Origin: Azolla caroliniana
Taxonomy: Eukaryota > Plantae > Polypodiophyta
NCBI GenBank assembly: GCA_043228905.1
Contig: JBHGNT010000009.1
Span: 868,001-932,000, forward strand
Length of the DNA stretch: 64,000 nucleotides
Direction: 5' to 3'
Part shown: positions 38,413 through 52,008 of the stretch, one piece after another
Position numbering within the stretch: position 1 is the first letter of the stretch
Layout of the letters: every line of letters begins with the position of its first letter
Position numbers and translations under genes: made by a program
The notes under the pieces: model-generated
Seen by the model: the letters and a program-made list of their open reading frames with translations, nothing else
Databases searched by the model: none
Told to the model about the DNA's origin: nothing

Positions 38413-41400
38413 TATGTGAGGTTCTTTTCGCCTTACACAAGCTCAACCAGACACCTTGGTGATATTGTGATCCCAATACCTAAACTCCACACTTAAACAA
38501 GATAACCAAATGTGGAACCCCCATGACGGGTGGCTTGTGATTTCCTCTATGGGTGTAGTGGAGGTTTACATGTCGGAATGTAGAGTTGTGAGATCAAGCT
38601 CAAAGCTTGCTTATCGAATATGTGATTAGCTAGAGGTTACACCCCACACTAGTACTTTTGCATAGAAACCGTCATACAGGGGTAGTAGACTAGTTGTGAC
38701 ATTAGAACCATCATAATTTGACTTTTATTAGATCAATTTCCCTTCAGAAAGCATGGCTCAAGAAAAGGTTATCGTGGGCATTACCAAGCCTCGACATGTG
38801 CCTTGGTAGTAAGGGTTTTCATGTCACATGGCAGTGACCCCACACACTGGATGGTCATTGTATCAAGGCTTGAGAGTCGATCACAACACTCATAAGGGTT
38901 TCACATGGGAGATAGAGTGTACAATTATCGTAAAGTTACATTACATGTTATTTAGAGGATGTAATATCACAACCTAGGATGTTGTAACCATGAAACAATT
39001 TTAGGTAAAACCATCGGCATCACAAAGTTATGTTCTTGCAATTGGGTGCATGTTAGTTGTTGACCATCGTTGGCATCTGCATCCAAATCATGACCAATTC
39101 ATGGCTAGCCTTGGAGGATGAGCAATTGTGTGTCTTCAACCATGGACTTGTCTCTCGTTACTATTTCCAAACGTTATTTGGGTGGTGTACAAATCAATTA
39201 ACCCTATAATTTATGTTCGTCAATTGATCATCTATGAGTGAGCTACTCCCTTGTACATGCACCATATTTAATTCTTATTCTCCTTTCCTGGGTAAAAGGA
39301 AAAATTCGCAAAGTCCATCATGAAGTGGCTTATGTGAAGGAAAGGTTGTATTAACATGCAATCATTGACCACGTGATTGACCAATCTAGTAATGACAAAC
39401 ATGAGATGATTATCAACATCATATATTGTGAAGGGATAGTCTATTATCAAGCCCTATGGGTGTTGACGTGAACCTTTGGCCAAGCAAAGTTTTATCTTTG
39501 CACGAGCCATCGTTGGGCTACTATTGTAAATTACAATGCTAACTCTTGTTCTAGTATCACATATTGGCGAAGTGGCGACATCATTTACCTTTATGAGGAG
39601 TCTAAAACTAGTATCATCGCTTCAAAAGGTGTAGCAACCATGCATTGACTTTGTTGTGTCTTTTGAAACAAGTTCCACCAAAGGAGCCAACACAACTAAT
39701 ACACTGGAGGTTTGCACTTTTAAAGGTCACCACCAAGTTCTAAGGGGTTGACTTTCTTATGGTAGGCTAGCTAAGTGATCAGGGGACGTCAACACCCAAT
39801 GACAAAGACCACACCATAAATCAAGACATGAAAAACACTTAACTCTCCACTCCATTCAATTGTGGAAGTTTTGAAGGCTTCTTAAGTTAATAAAAAATTA
39901 AAGAATGAATATGTTAGTCTATAATTAGTACATAAACATATGATATGTCTCACTTAAATAGATAATTTCTTAGTAAACGACATGTATATCTTGATTAATT
40001 AGTGTGAAAAAACTACATGGTGAAAAGTGGCTCTTAGAGGATGCAAAAGAGCGAGAATGTAGACCAAAATATAGCCCAAAGTTGGGGCACAACACGACCT
40101 TTTTTTGGATGCTTAAAAGTATGATGTTTGGATCTTGATCATGATTCATACATTAACTTCAACTTTAGGCCAACTACTTTCCAAGCCACAAAATAGATAT
40201 TAGAATGAGCACCATGATAAGATTAAACAAAAATATACGTTACACTCCATGTGAACGAGAAGCAATTGAATTAGGTGCACTTAGATAGGTCATAATTAAG
40301 ATGACTCGTGCAATCATGTTAATTTTCTTAATTCCGTTAATTCCCCAAACTATATACCAAAGTGAATATATGGAAAGTTTAGAAATAGCCATAGAGGGCG
40401 TGAAAAGCTTATAGGGTAGGTTCATTGAGGTGTGTAAAGCTCTAGGGTGATTGAGATGTTGATATTGTTGTTAACCAGCTTCCACATAATGCTTCTTTTC
40501 ATTCTTCCACACTTTGCCTATGTTGATTGATTGATTGTGTGTGGGAGTGACACCTACCTTATACCATGTGCCAATAAAACACCTCAAACTAGTTCAAGGA
40601 AAGAATGTGCAAACATCAAGATTCTATTAATAATAATAACAGCACAATAGATTGATTAGACATGCAAAGCAAGCACTTGATTTAATAAAATGTTTGTAAC
40701 ATATTAATATATTATGTTTAATCCATGCAATCTATCTTGATGGATATCATGCAAAATCCAAGAACACCAATTACAAGTCACAATCGATGTGAGCAACACA
40801 AAGCTTGATAAAAAAATGCAACATGGACACCCAAACAATTGGAGATGTTGTAAATGAAGCTCTAACAAATGAAAGATGTTAATTCGTTGAACAAGAATCA
40901 ACTTGTGGAATTCCACCCAAGGATGCTCATAACCTCACTAAGTTTGATGATTAGAGCAATGTCTCTAAAAATTTATAGTGTTATTCTCGTACACTATATT
41001 AACTCTTAACATTATAACAAACCTTGTTTAATAATAGCACGAAACCAATATATATAGGACATATTTCTTATGAAACATTTGTAGTATTTTATGTCTAATG
41101 ATATTCATATTTGACATCCACTTAGGTGAAACAAAACCATTCCACTAATTGAGACGTGTGATGTCCAATACTAGAGGTAAACATTTATCCAAACTCAATG
41201 GCAATAACCAAAACCTATTGGCATGCACTTGAGAGTTTGGATGTCAAAAACTAAAGGTGCGAATCTAGTGTGAATGCAATTAGGGAACAACCATTAAAAA
41301 AATGAAGAGAGCTTAAGCACACTAGGTAATTTCTTCAAGCCCTTTTGTGTGACATCCTCACTTTCTAGAAACACAAAAGGTAAAACAAAATATCACGTGG

Positions 41401-41739
41401 TTTCCATGACATACTTGAAGATCTTATAGCCTTTTTATACTTATGGTTATTTACATTCCATCTACCTACTTCCTCCTACTGGGCTTGAATAAAGTTATTA
41501 CCCGTTCAACTAATTTCTCATCACATCGAGCTCCACATGAACATTGTCTACAGAGAGTCACCTTTATATTGGCTACTAATCTTACAACGTCTTAGATGGT
41601 TTACCTCACTACAATATGTAGTAGGATCAAGAAGGTCTCAAGGTGGAAATATATATCTTTAACATATGAGAGACCGAACTTGGGTTCTCTCACACTCATG
41701 ACTTTGATGTTAAAGGAAGATCGATGATAATGATGGACA

Positions 41740-42060
41740 GGGTTATAAAGTTCCCATCAAATGCGAAGTATTTTGTTTGGCATAGGTTGGTGGTGGTTGG
41801 GCCCACACTTCATGGGGACCTCTCAAGATGCAACATTTCGCATGACTCTCACTTCTTTTGTACAACAACCAACGTGACTTGTCTCGGAAGGCTTTTACCT
41901 CACCCAAATGGAACGGCATATACGACATGTACCATTCAAGTCGTGGCAATCGCATGATTGGGTTTTTTGGCAAGGGGAAATTCACAAGCTTTGGGGAATC
42001 ACGTATGATGGTTGCCATTCGCTTTCTGTGCTGTTGTGGGACGTTCAAATAACTGGGCAA
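41740..42060 (+). mobile_element. Highly decayed LINE zf-RVT fragment, related to the 11.1 and 60 kb elements
   Basis: KFPSNAKYFVWHRLVV..GDLSRCNISHDSHFFC resembles KVFIWRV..LGDALKKRNIAKGLCFFC, and IRFLCCCG resembles FLFLRYWG. Confidence 0.5.
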
Positions 42061-42369
42061 CGAGGAAGGAGTGTGAATGAGGAGCACCATGATCATCATG
42101 TTATGCTTGTTGATAATAACTTTTTAACTTGTTTGTGCTAATCAGAAAAGACATTAGTGAAATGCCACACCAATCAAAAAATCTATACACACCGCACGCA
42201 GAGAAAGACCAGAACTGCAGCAGAAGCAGTAGTAGACTGTAGCAGTCAGTATACGAAGACGACGACGAAGGAGAAGCAACCAAACGGATGCGATGCTTCC
42301 GTTGCGATCATTTTGGTGGCGATGAAGAACAGTTTCGAAGAGCTTCTCCGAACACGGTATGCCTTCTCC

Positions 42370-42662
42370 TCTGTTTCTTCTTCTTCTTCTTCTTCTTCTT
42401 CTGCTGCTGCTGCTCTTTTATTTTACACCAGAGGGAGAGAGAGAGAGAGAGAAAGAGGGACGTCCACATGTAGTGCTTTCTTTTGCTAGTTTATAACCAA
42501 ATCAAAGACGTTCTGGTGCTCAAATAACTTCATAGTCTCAGTGCTACGCATGATACAGAATGTGGTTGCAAATTTAGGGTTTCTCGGTAATATCACAGGA
42601 GATATATATATGTATATATTTGCGTGTGTTTGCATGTGTATACGTGGGTATAGTTTGGCCTG
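42370..42662 (+). other. Probable non-coding first exon (5' UTR) of the Hikeshi/OPI10 gene
   Basis: (TTC)n and (GA)n tracts and a telo-box ttagggttt, typical of plant 5' UTRs, with a strong donor TG|GTAAGC at 42663. The next clear acceptor upstream of a CDS is ttttctag| at 50898. The link is inferred. Confidence 0.4.
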
Positions 42663-43499
42663 GTAAGCTCATTTGGTGTGGCCTCTACCAATTGCATCCC
42701 TTCACAAATTGTGTCTTTCATTCTGGAGAACATGAAGAGGAAAAAAGAACTATAAAGGTAGCACAATTTGCTTGTTATCAGGCTATTGCAAATTAATAGA
42801 CATTTGTGACAGACTCTTGCAAATCAACAGGCCTATCGATGATCCATCTCCATTTTTGTTGATAGATATGTATGTAACCAAAGACAAGAAGTGTCTGCTA
42901 GGTTGCCAGGGCCACACTCTGCCCAATCACCAATAATTGCCCTTTATAAAAAGAAGAAAAAAGAAAAAAGGATTTCCAAACCATTCGTTTTACAATTTAT
43001 TGAAAATTGATATGCATTCAATGTTAGTTGACCTCCATGGTCTGGCATTCATATCCCAATGCTTGAATGGTGTGGAACGAGGAAGAACCGAACAATCATG
43101 GGAAATGTCTATATATATAGTCTAGCACACTCACCCTTGAGTTGATTATTTGGGCAAATGCATGTCCCAATACAGCTCTATGACAATCTACATGCTCAAT
43201 CTCTTACTTCAACCGGGCATGTAAAGAAATCCTTTGAATCTAATCATGATCAACAAGCTTCTAATCCTTCTACATGTTTTTGATTTCCCATGTATGGATA
43301 TGTATAAAGGGAGAATCATCTGAATTTTGGATATAAGTCCATAAGCATGACTTTCATCAATGTCTAATCAGTATCAGAATCCAAAATTGACAGGTCTTTG
43401 ATGGGCTAGTACAGCAGCTTAGCCCTTATGCCCCATGGTCAAGAAGCATTTGCGAAACTCTTATCAGTGGAAGAGTATCTTTCTTTGAACCATGGTGGC

Positions 43500-44520
43500 C
43501 TGTGATGCATCACAGTACCAAACTGAACATGACCTATGTGGTGGGCCTTGGAAGTCTCACAATTATTGACCATCTAATTCAACTATCAAAGAAGCATATA
43601 GTCCTTTCCATGATCGTACATTGTACGTACCTTGTACATGTACATGTTAGAGCACACTTGGTATCTTGTCAACACATTGATGAGATTTATAACTGAAAGA
43701 ATCGTGTACAATGATTGTATAGAAAATACACTAAGATTTTATGTAGTCAACTTGGAATGAAGAATTATGAACTGAAAAATCCACACTGAGCTGTATGGGG
43801 TAGAAATTGTTTGGCAAACCCGCATCTAGAAAAGATCACTTTCAACAATTATCTTTGACATATGAACTCTTCGCATTACAAACATATACCATCTTCTTTA
43901 CCAATAATCACATTTTGTGCATTTGTGGGGCTTGATGTGCTTTGGAGATGGGGGCATGAAAATCTAAAGTGTATATATTTTTTATCAACTATAAAAAGTC
44001 AAATTTCAAGTGAATGTTTACCCAAAAGATAAAATTTCTGACGCTATTTCATTTACCTTTTTTCTGACATTTGAGCACACTTTGGTCCAAAGAATATGCT
44101 GTTTTTGTGGTGCACTTGCTTCAATAGTATGGTAGGACACATTCATTTGATCTGTAAGGATGTTTTATAGACAAACATATGTACTTGTAGTTGAGACTTG
44201 GAAAATCCATACAAAACTTTGTCACAACCCCGTACATTATCATCCTTGAATATTAGATGTTATTAATTCCACTCCGTGTGTTTTGGATATTATTTTCAGC
44301 TTCGTAGCAAAATTAATCAGACAGGACTCAGTACTTGTCATTGTGAATTTGAATAAGGCATTTGATTGTGTGGATTGGAAAACTTGAAGATGCTGTGCAA
44401 AGAATAGGTTTTGTCTCTTGTGAAATTGAACAAGGCATTTGATAATGTGGATTGGGAATCTTGAAGATACGGTGCTAGGGGTGGACTTAGTTTCTTATGA
44501 ATTGAACAAGAGATTTGATA
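43500..44520 (+). mobile_element. Very old LINE remnant (endonuclease end and RT start)
   Basis: STKLNMTYV..IDHLI resembles SRLDRMYV..SDHFPI. QDSVLVIVNLNKAFDCVDW and a tandem copy NKAFDNVDW (44337-44460) resemble the RT motif DLEKAFDxVxW. Confidence 0.45.
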
Positions 44521-45157
44521 GTTCACATTGAGATTCATGGAGATACCTCTCATTGTGAGTGAGTTGTCTTGTATCCACCACCTCTACAATGTAACAAAGA
44601 GAACTCTCTATATGTTTTGTTTGGGGTTCCATTATGAAAGATAAGTGCGTTTCATTTAGCATTTGTTTGTACACAGACTACTACCTTCTAGAGGACTAAA
44701 TACAATTTCTGCTCAAAATTTCCAAGTCCATCATAGAAGATTGTATAATCATGGAGAACTTGAGTCATGATTAGATAGGTTTTTTCACTAGATATAATAT
44801 TAACCTACAAACCTTTCACAATTATGTCCGGAGAGCTGCTATCATATATTTTTTATAGAACTGTTTATTAACATGAAGTATGAATTGCATCCAGAAGATT
44901 TCCTTGTGGTAATGAGAGCCTTGTAAGAGGCTGCACTATCTATGCCATAGACTTGACATAGAATAATGATTTATAAAACTCTTGATACAGTCTTAGGTTA
45001 AAAGATCATGAAGATTATTCCATTTGGGTGATGTAATCTGTTATTGCTATCATACAGACTATAGTGCGTAGTATATTTTGTAAGGGCAGTGTTCCTCTTT
45101 CTTTGGAACTAATTTAAGCAAATGTGACTTATTTTCGCACAAAAAAAATGCAGGCTT

Positions 45158-48100
45158 TGTGAGAAAAGCTGTTAATAGCAGCAACGGAACAATTGTTAGA
45201 ACAAAATGGACACAGTGAAAGAGTAGAGCTTGTTTGTAAGTAGTAGCAGAAAATAAAAGTTTTTAAAAAAGAGGCTGGTATAGCCTTATACAAAACTGGG
45301 GAAAGTGGATGAAATGGTTGTTTGGTAGTTAAGTGACTCTTGTACTACCAAACAGGTACAATAAACTAGGAATATGAGGGAATGTCTTGGAAAAAGTGGA
45401 AGCGAGAGAAGGCATTTAAAGCGTTGCAGATTCTAGAGAGCAAAGGCATTTAAAGAGTTGGAGATTGTAGAGAGAGAAGAATCTAGGAAGAGAGAGAATG
45501 TAAAAGAGATAATAAAGATGAAAGAGAGTGCAGGTTTGGAGTTGCCACCCTCCAACACCTCTAAGCTCCAGAACGGCGGTCCAACATTGAGTCGACCAAG
45601 GAGTTGATCAATGGCTTGCCTTGGAAGTGGCTTAGTAAATAAATCAGCTATATTTTCTTGAGTAGGACAATATGCCAAGTTGATGACTTGTGATTTCACT
45701 AATTCACGAACAAAATGGTAGTGCACTTCAATATGTTTTGTTCTATCATAAAATGTTGAGCTATATGCCAAGGCAGGGGCACTTTGGTTGTTAGTGAAAA
45801 TTGCAATAGGAGAGTCTTGCAAAACACCAATGTGACAAAATAATTGCATTAACCATAGCAACTCACAACAAGTATCCAAGTAGGCTCGATGTTCAACTTA
45901 TGTTGATGAAGTAGAAACTGAGTATTGCTTCTTTGATTTCCAAGAAATCAAGCCTGAACCTAACATAAAACAATAGCCAGATGTGGACCTTCTAGAATTA
46001 ATATCACCTGCCTAATCAGCATCTGAGTAGCCAACAAGCTCAATGCCGCCTCTAAAAGACAGACCATAGTTGAGTGTGTTGGCCAAATACCTAAGAACTC
46101 GAATAACTACTTACCAATGACTTTGTCTTGGAGTACTTGAGAAGTGGCCGAGAATAGTTAGGATCCATCGAACAAGAGAGTGGCCTGCAATTTGACATGC
46201 CATAGGTCTCAAGGAGCTGATTGAGATAGCTATGTTAGCTGAGGAAGATACCACCATGTGATTGATAGACCTCCATACCTATGAAGTAATGGAGAAGTCC
46301 TAGATCAGTCATTTCAAATGTGGTTTTGAGGTCAGCACGGAGCTCCTTGATTTTAGAAGCAAGGTACCCTGTAATTAGAAGGTCAGCAACATATAATATG
46401 ATCAAGCATAACAGATTTTCTTGGGAAAAGACATAGAGATTGCTGCCAACATAACAGTGCGTACACCCAAGTGAGATAAAGAAGGTACCAATTTTGTCAT
46501 GCCAAGCTTTGGGAGCTTGCTTTAAGCTATACAAGGCTTTGTGTAACCTGTAGACCATGTTTTTTTGCTCTAAAATCTTGAAACCTGGAGGCTGTTCAAC
46601 ATAAACTTCCTCTTTCAAGTCACCATTAAGGAAGGCTGACTTGACATCCATTTGAAAGATGTGCCATTTTTTTGTGAGCAACAAGCGCAAGCGCACATCA
46701 AATAGAGGTGTACCTTGTTGTCGGAATCAAGTTCACTCAATGGAATCAAGTTCATCAATGGCTCGTATGTATGATTCCACTCAATGGAATCAAGTTCAAC
46801 TTCCATTACTGCTTTCCACTTTGGAAGAACAAGAGCCTCTTTTGCTGTAGTGGGTTCTTATGATTGAACAACAATGCACAGTAAGGCAAAGTTGCATGAG
46901 TGAAGTGGCTGTTGTGACTTATGTGTTCTTTTCATGTTGGTTGGAGAACTAGATGTATACTTGTGAAGTTCAGCGTCAGAGAGATGAAAATCACGAATGG
47001 TCGCTTGAAGCCACTTGGGAAGTGGTGGAAGCTGGTGTGTAGAGGGAGGGGAAACAATTGGAGTTGAGGGAGAAGTTTGAATTGTTGATGGAATTAGAGG
47101 TTGAGTAGGAGTAGGAGGAGATGGGGGGTTTGAATGTGAGACATCTTCGTCTGAAATAGGAGATTCTGGAGCAGTTGGTATTTCAACTGTGAACTCAGGC
47201 GAAAGCCTAGAGTCATCTAGCTTAGACTCCACAAAATGAACATCCCTAGAGATGACTAGGGACTTCGATTCTAAATCCCATAACCTATAGGCTTTAGATT
47301 GTGTGCTGTAACCAAGAAATTTGCATTTCTTGGTTTTGGACCCAAATTTAGTCCTTTTATGATTTGAAATGTGAACATAAGTATCATAACCAAATACTTT
47401 CAAATGAGAAACTGAGGGCTTTACGCCTGTAAATGCTTCAGCTGGGGTCATTGCAGCAACTGCTTTTGTTGGGCAGCAGTTGATGATGTAGACTGCTGTG
47501 TTGACAGCTTCACCCCAAAATGAGACAGGAAGATCAGATTGAGATAGCATTGTACGAGCCATCTCTTGGACTGTCCGGTTCTTTCTTTCCACAACTCCAT
47601 TTTGTTGAGGAGTATTGGGTGTAGAAAATTGGCAAGCAATGCCTCATTAAGAGCAGAAATGGTGAAAATCTTGGGAGATAAACTCTCCACCATTGTCCGA
47701 CCTGATCTTTCGAACTTTTTTTGATGTCTCTTTCTCCACAAGAGCTACGCATTCTTGAAATTTGGTGAAGGCTTGAGACTTTTCTACAAGAAAATAAACC
47801 CAAACCTTACGGGAGAAATCATCAATGATAAGCACAAAGTAGCGTGCACCACTAAGAGTAGTGGTTTTCATGGGACCACAAAGATCCATGTGCACTAACT
47901 CCAAGATAGATGTTGCACAGTGAGTGGCTTCATGAGGGAAAGGCTCTCGATGTTGCTTTCCATGGAGACAAGCAACACATGGGGTATTAGGAGTTTTAAA
48001 AATAGGAAGACCCTCAACTAGATGTGAAGAAGATGAGCTTTGGATTTTTCCAAGGGGTTATGGGAACTTTTCAGGCGGTATAAACCACCTTTTTGTGTGC

Positions 48101-50084
48101 CACTAGCTACAATTTGTAGTCTATTGGTGTCAATGACTTCCAAAACTGAGCTATCAAAGTTGACTCCATAACCTTGCTTAGTGATTCGGTAGACTGAAAG
48201 TAAGTTGGCAGAGATGCGAGGCACATGTAGCACATCTTGAAGAACGACAAGTTCATCATTTGAAAAATTGTTAAGAAACACACGAAGCCTCAATACTTGA
48301 GGCATCTCCTATGGAGATTTGGGAGGAGCTAGGCTTCACATCATGCAAAATGGATTTGTCATAAGTCATGTGTGCAATGGCACCATTGTCTGCTAACCAC
48401 TCATCAATGGTAGTTCTAGCCAAATGTGAAGAATGTTCCTCAATGCCAAGGAAAACTGTTTCTTTGGCTGAGTGGACCGAGTTTGATTTTGGTGTAGGTT
48501 GACTTTTGGTAGAAGAAGATTTCTTGGCTTTGTCCCTTTTCTTTTTCCGACAATCGGGCTGAATGTGACCTCTGTAGCCACAACACAATAATCACAGGTG
48601 AGCTCCTTGTAGGCTGGGTTGTTTGGTGGTCTTGGATTGGGTTTGTTGTAGGAGTTTCCATTTTGCTTCCACTGGCCTTTACTTTGCACATGTAGAAGAG
48701 TCTCATTGGAATTTTGAGCACTTTTCTTCCTTGTTGCCCTATCTTGTAGCATGCCAAGAAATGTATTCATATCAGGTGTGTTGGGAAGAAGAGAAATTGT
48801 GTCACAAAAGGTTGAGAATGACTCAGGCAACTTTATCATAAGATGATGCGCAAACTCAACTTCAGTTGACTTGCTTCCCAAAGAAACTAGTTTCTTTTGG
48901 AGAGTAACTAATTGCATTATTTGATCCATGATGTTGGGAGTGTCATGAATCTTGAGATTTGCTAGTTGACTCTCAACAGCTATTATTTGAGCATGATTAG
49001 CTCGATGATACCTCTTTTTGATGGCTGCCCATAGTTCATTGGCTGTCTCTTCATCTGTATCTTGAAATTGACGAGCGATGCTCAGTTTAGTATTAAACAT
49101 GAGGAAAGCATGAGCACGAGAATCCTTATCTAGCCAAGCTTCAATCTAAGCGTTAGATGAGCTTGCAACTGATTTGGTTGAAGAGGATGAAGTTACTGGT
49201 GGTTTCTTGTCACTACCATTGATTACATTCCATAGATGATGTTACTGTATCAACGTCTTTATTTGCAATTCCCAATCCAAGTTATTGTTCCCATCCAAGA
49301 TGGACTCTTTGGGGAGTTGGGGAATGGTTGAAACAATGGTGGCATGTGAGGCCATGGATATCCTCCTCTTGAGCTACAACTGGACAATTTGCAGCAGCTG
49401 TAAGTAGATGCTCAGGGTCTTTCTACTCCCTAGATGCTAGGTGAGGCTCCGATCAGGGGAAAAGAAAAAAAGAAGAACCTTCTCTGTAGGGTGGGAGGGT
49501 GGCTGCTAAGAGAACCTCCTCTATAGGGTTGGGAGGGAGGCTGCAAAGAAAAGAAAAAACTCCTCTTTAGGGTGGGATAAAAGAAGATAGGTCTGTGTGG
49601 TCTTTGGCAAAAAAATCAGGCTGAGGATATGGAGACCTCACTGCTCTGATACCATGTGAGAAAGTTGTTAATAACAGCAGCAGAACAGTTGTTAGAACAA
49701 AATAGACACAGCCAATTTGTGAGAAGGCTGTTAGACAGCAGTAGAAAAAATGGTTGCAAAGAGTAGAGACACAGCCAAAGAGTAGAGCTTATTCGTAAGT
49801 AGTAGCAGAAAATAAAAGTCTTTACAAAAGAGGCTGGTATAGCCTATTTATACAAAATTGGGGAAGTGGGTGAAATGGTTGTTTGGTAGTTAAGTGACTC
49901 TTGTACTACCAACAGGTACAATAAACTAGGAATATGAGGGAATGTCTTGGAAAAAGTGGAAGCAAGAGAAGGCATTTAAAGCGTTGCAGATTCTAGAGAG
50001 AGAAGAATCTAGGAAGAGAGAGAATGTAAAGAGAGATAATAAAGATGAAAGAGAGTGCAGGTCTGGAGCTGCCACCCTCCAATA
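45158..50084 (-). mobile_element. Complete but inactivated Ty1/copia LTR retrotransposon
   Basis: LTRs 49655-50084 (5') and 45158-45557 (3'); PBS TGGTATCAGAGC at 49654-49643; flanks GGCTT / GGCAT (5-bp TSD with 1 mismatch). Gag with CCHC (CCGYRGHIQPDC), protease WLADNGAIAHMT, integrase [49 protein letters not shown], RNaseH RTKHIEVHYHFVRE. Multiple stops and frameshifts. Confidence 0.95.
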
Positions 50085-50303
50085 GGCATGTTGTTTATGA
50101 TTATTGTATCTCATTATTGTTTAGCTTTTTCATTTTTCCATGAATGTTTTTGTACCCATTTTCGGTATTGTTTTGTTAGTCTTATATTTTCATTTAATGC
50201 TGTTTAGCAAGGCTGGTGAAGATTGTGAAAGTAATATTCAAGGTCAATTTTGATGTGTTAATAGTGTTCTTGTATCCCTTGGGTGCTAATGTGCATAATG
50301 TTG

Positions 50304-50560
50304 GACTGAGGAAATTCTTCTACTCTACGTGAAGAGATTGCAAAAAATAATTTAGAACTGATTGTGAGAACATTTGAGTCAATGTAGAATTATCTCTAGT
50401 ACATGATTAACATGTCAGCAATTGAAAGATGAGACTGAGGAAATTCTTCTATTCTATGTGAAGAGATTGCGAAAATTATTTTAGAATTGATTGTGAGAAC
50501 ATTTGAATCAATGCAGGATTGTCACTAGTACATGATTAACATGTCAGCAGTTGTAAGATG
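50304..50560. repeat. ~129-bp tandem duplication
   Basis: gactgaggaaattcttcta...tagtacatgattaacatgtcagca at 50304-50432 and 50433-50560. Confidence 0.85.
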
Positions 50561-51018
50561 CCTTCATCAATTTACCATCATCAATGAAAGTGAACCTTAA
50601 CATCTTATAAATGAGACTCTTTTATAGGGATTTCTGGATGTGCAAGATGTTTGAACCTTAAAGCTCCATCACTTAATGTCTGCAAAACAATAAAATTGTG
50701 TCAAACCTGAATTTTAGAAAAAGTCTTTACTAATGATACACAAGAAACCTTATTAGACTTTAGTGTTTTTTTTTATCACTATAACCTTATAAACATACTC
50801 GAGTCACGCCATAACCATACTATTGCTTCACTATTGTACTTTTGTGATGTTTGTTTGGATGTACACTGAGGGAACTTACTGAATTGAGGATTTTCTAGGT
50901 ATAAGATATTGAGTTTGCTATTGCTGCATAGAATTTGTGCTCAAAGGACATCCAAATACTGTTCCAGTGTATACGCATTAAAGAGATACTCTCAATTCCT
51001 GTAGCTGCGTGTGTCATC

Positions 51019-52008
51019 ATGTTTGGTGTTCTTTTCCCTACACGAAGTTTTCCAATGGATGCAAGTAGCTTTACACAAATCGACAGTATGCACTGGGTTC
51101 TTGACATGAACCATTTTGTAGGTAAGATGTGTGTATTTTTCTACATCTGAATGAAGTTGCATCACTGACCTCAAATTAGTGAATGAATTAAATGACATAT
51201 TGAGGGCTTTCTGAATTCTTTGTGGGCTTGGCTGGGATGTTTATGAACGCGTTCATTGCTAATTACTTTTGAAATTGAGTACACACAGAAATATCCCTAA
51301 CCTTTTGCATATGAACGAGAATACTCTTTATATTTTTGCATATGTACTAGATTTATCCGAACACCACTCTGCACTGCAAATTTTTTTAATACGTAAGAGT
51401 ATTCTGGTAAAAATTCAGACCGTTAGGGGTATTTTTGTGTTGCTCCCCATCTTAAAATTTAATTGGATTGCTTTTAGAGTACTTCAGAGCTTATAAGTAG
51501 AGGTAAAATGTTTGTTACCTTTTGTTTAAATGCACCTTGTGTAGGAGAAGCATATGATCAAGTGAAAGAAATTTGCCTTTTCTTGCTGAATGAATTCTCT
51601 CTTCCACCAGAGAAGGCATTAGCAGTATATGTACAATCTCCAGGGTCTGAATTTCAGTATTGTGGTGCGGTTCACCGAGGCTGTCCTTCGGCTGTTTTAC
51701 CATTACTATGGCCGAGCCCTGGTGGGCAATTCCAAATAATGGCACCTGATGCAACTCCCCTTTCAGCCAAAATTGGTCTTTCCGTAGAGGACGTCATTAC
51801 TCTTCCTTCTATGAATGTTGGGCATCAGCAAAAAGTTGAGGCTCTTGCAATGAAAGTGGGCGAAAATCTCTTCAATTTCATGCAGTCCTTTTGTACTGTC
51901 GACGCAAACAAACTTGTTGTCCCCATGGATATATTGCAACGATGGTTCAAGAAATTCCAAGACAAAACAAAGCGAGACCCTGATTATCTCCGGAATTTCA
52001 TGCTTTGA
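51019..52008 (+). CDS. Hikeshi/OPI10 family (Hsp70 nuclear import carrier), 2 coding exons, 188 aa
   Basis: Exons 51019-51121 and 51545-52008 (phase 1): MFGVLFPTRSFP..HWVLDMNHFVGEAYD..LPPEKALAVYVQSPGS..CGAV..PSAV..AKIGLSVED..AMKVGENLFNFMQSF..VPMDILQRWFKKF. Confidence 0.92.

Noticed and set aside
38415-40950. Possible decayed gag/protease or other TE coding sequence
   Set aside because: No diagnostic motif was recoverable; left unannotated.
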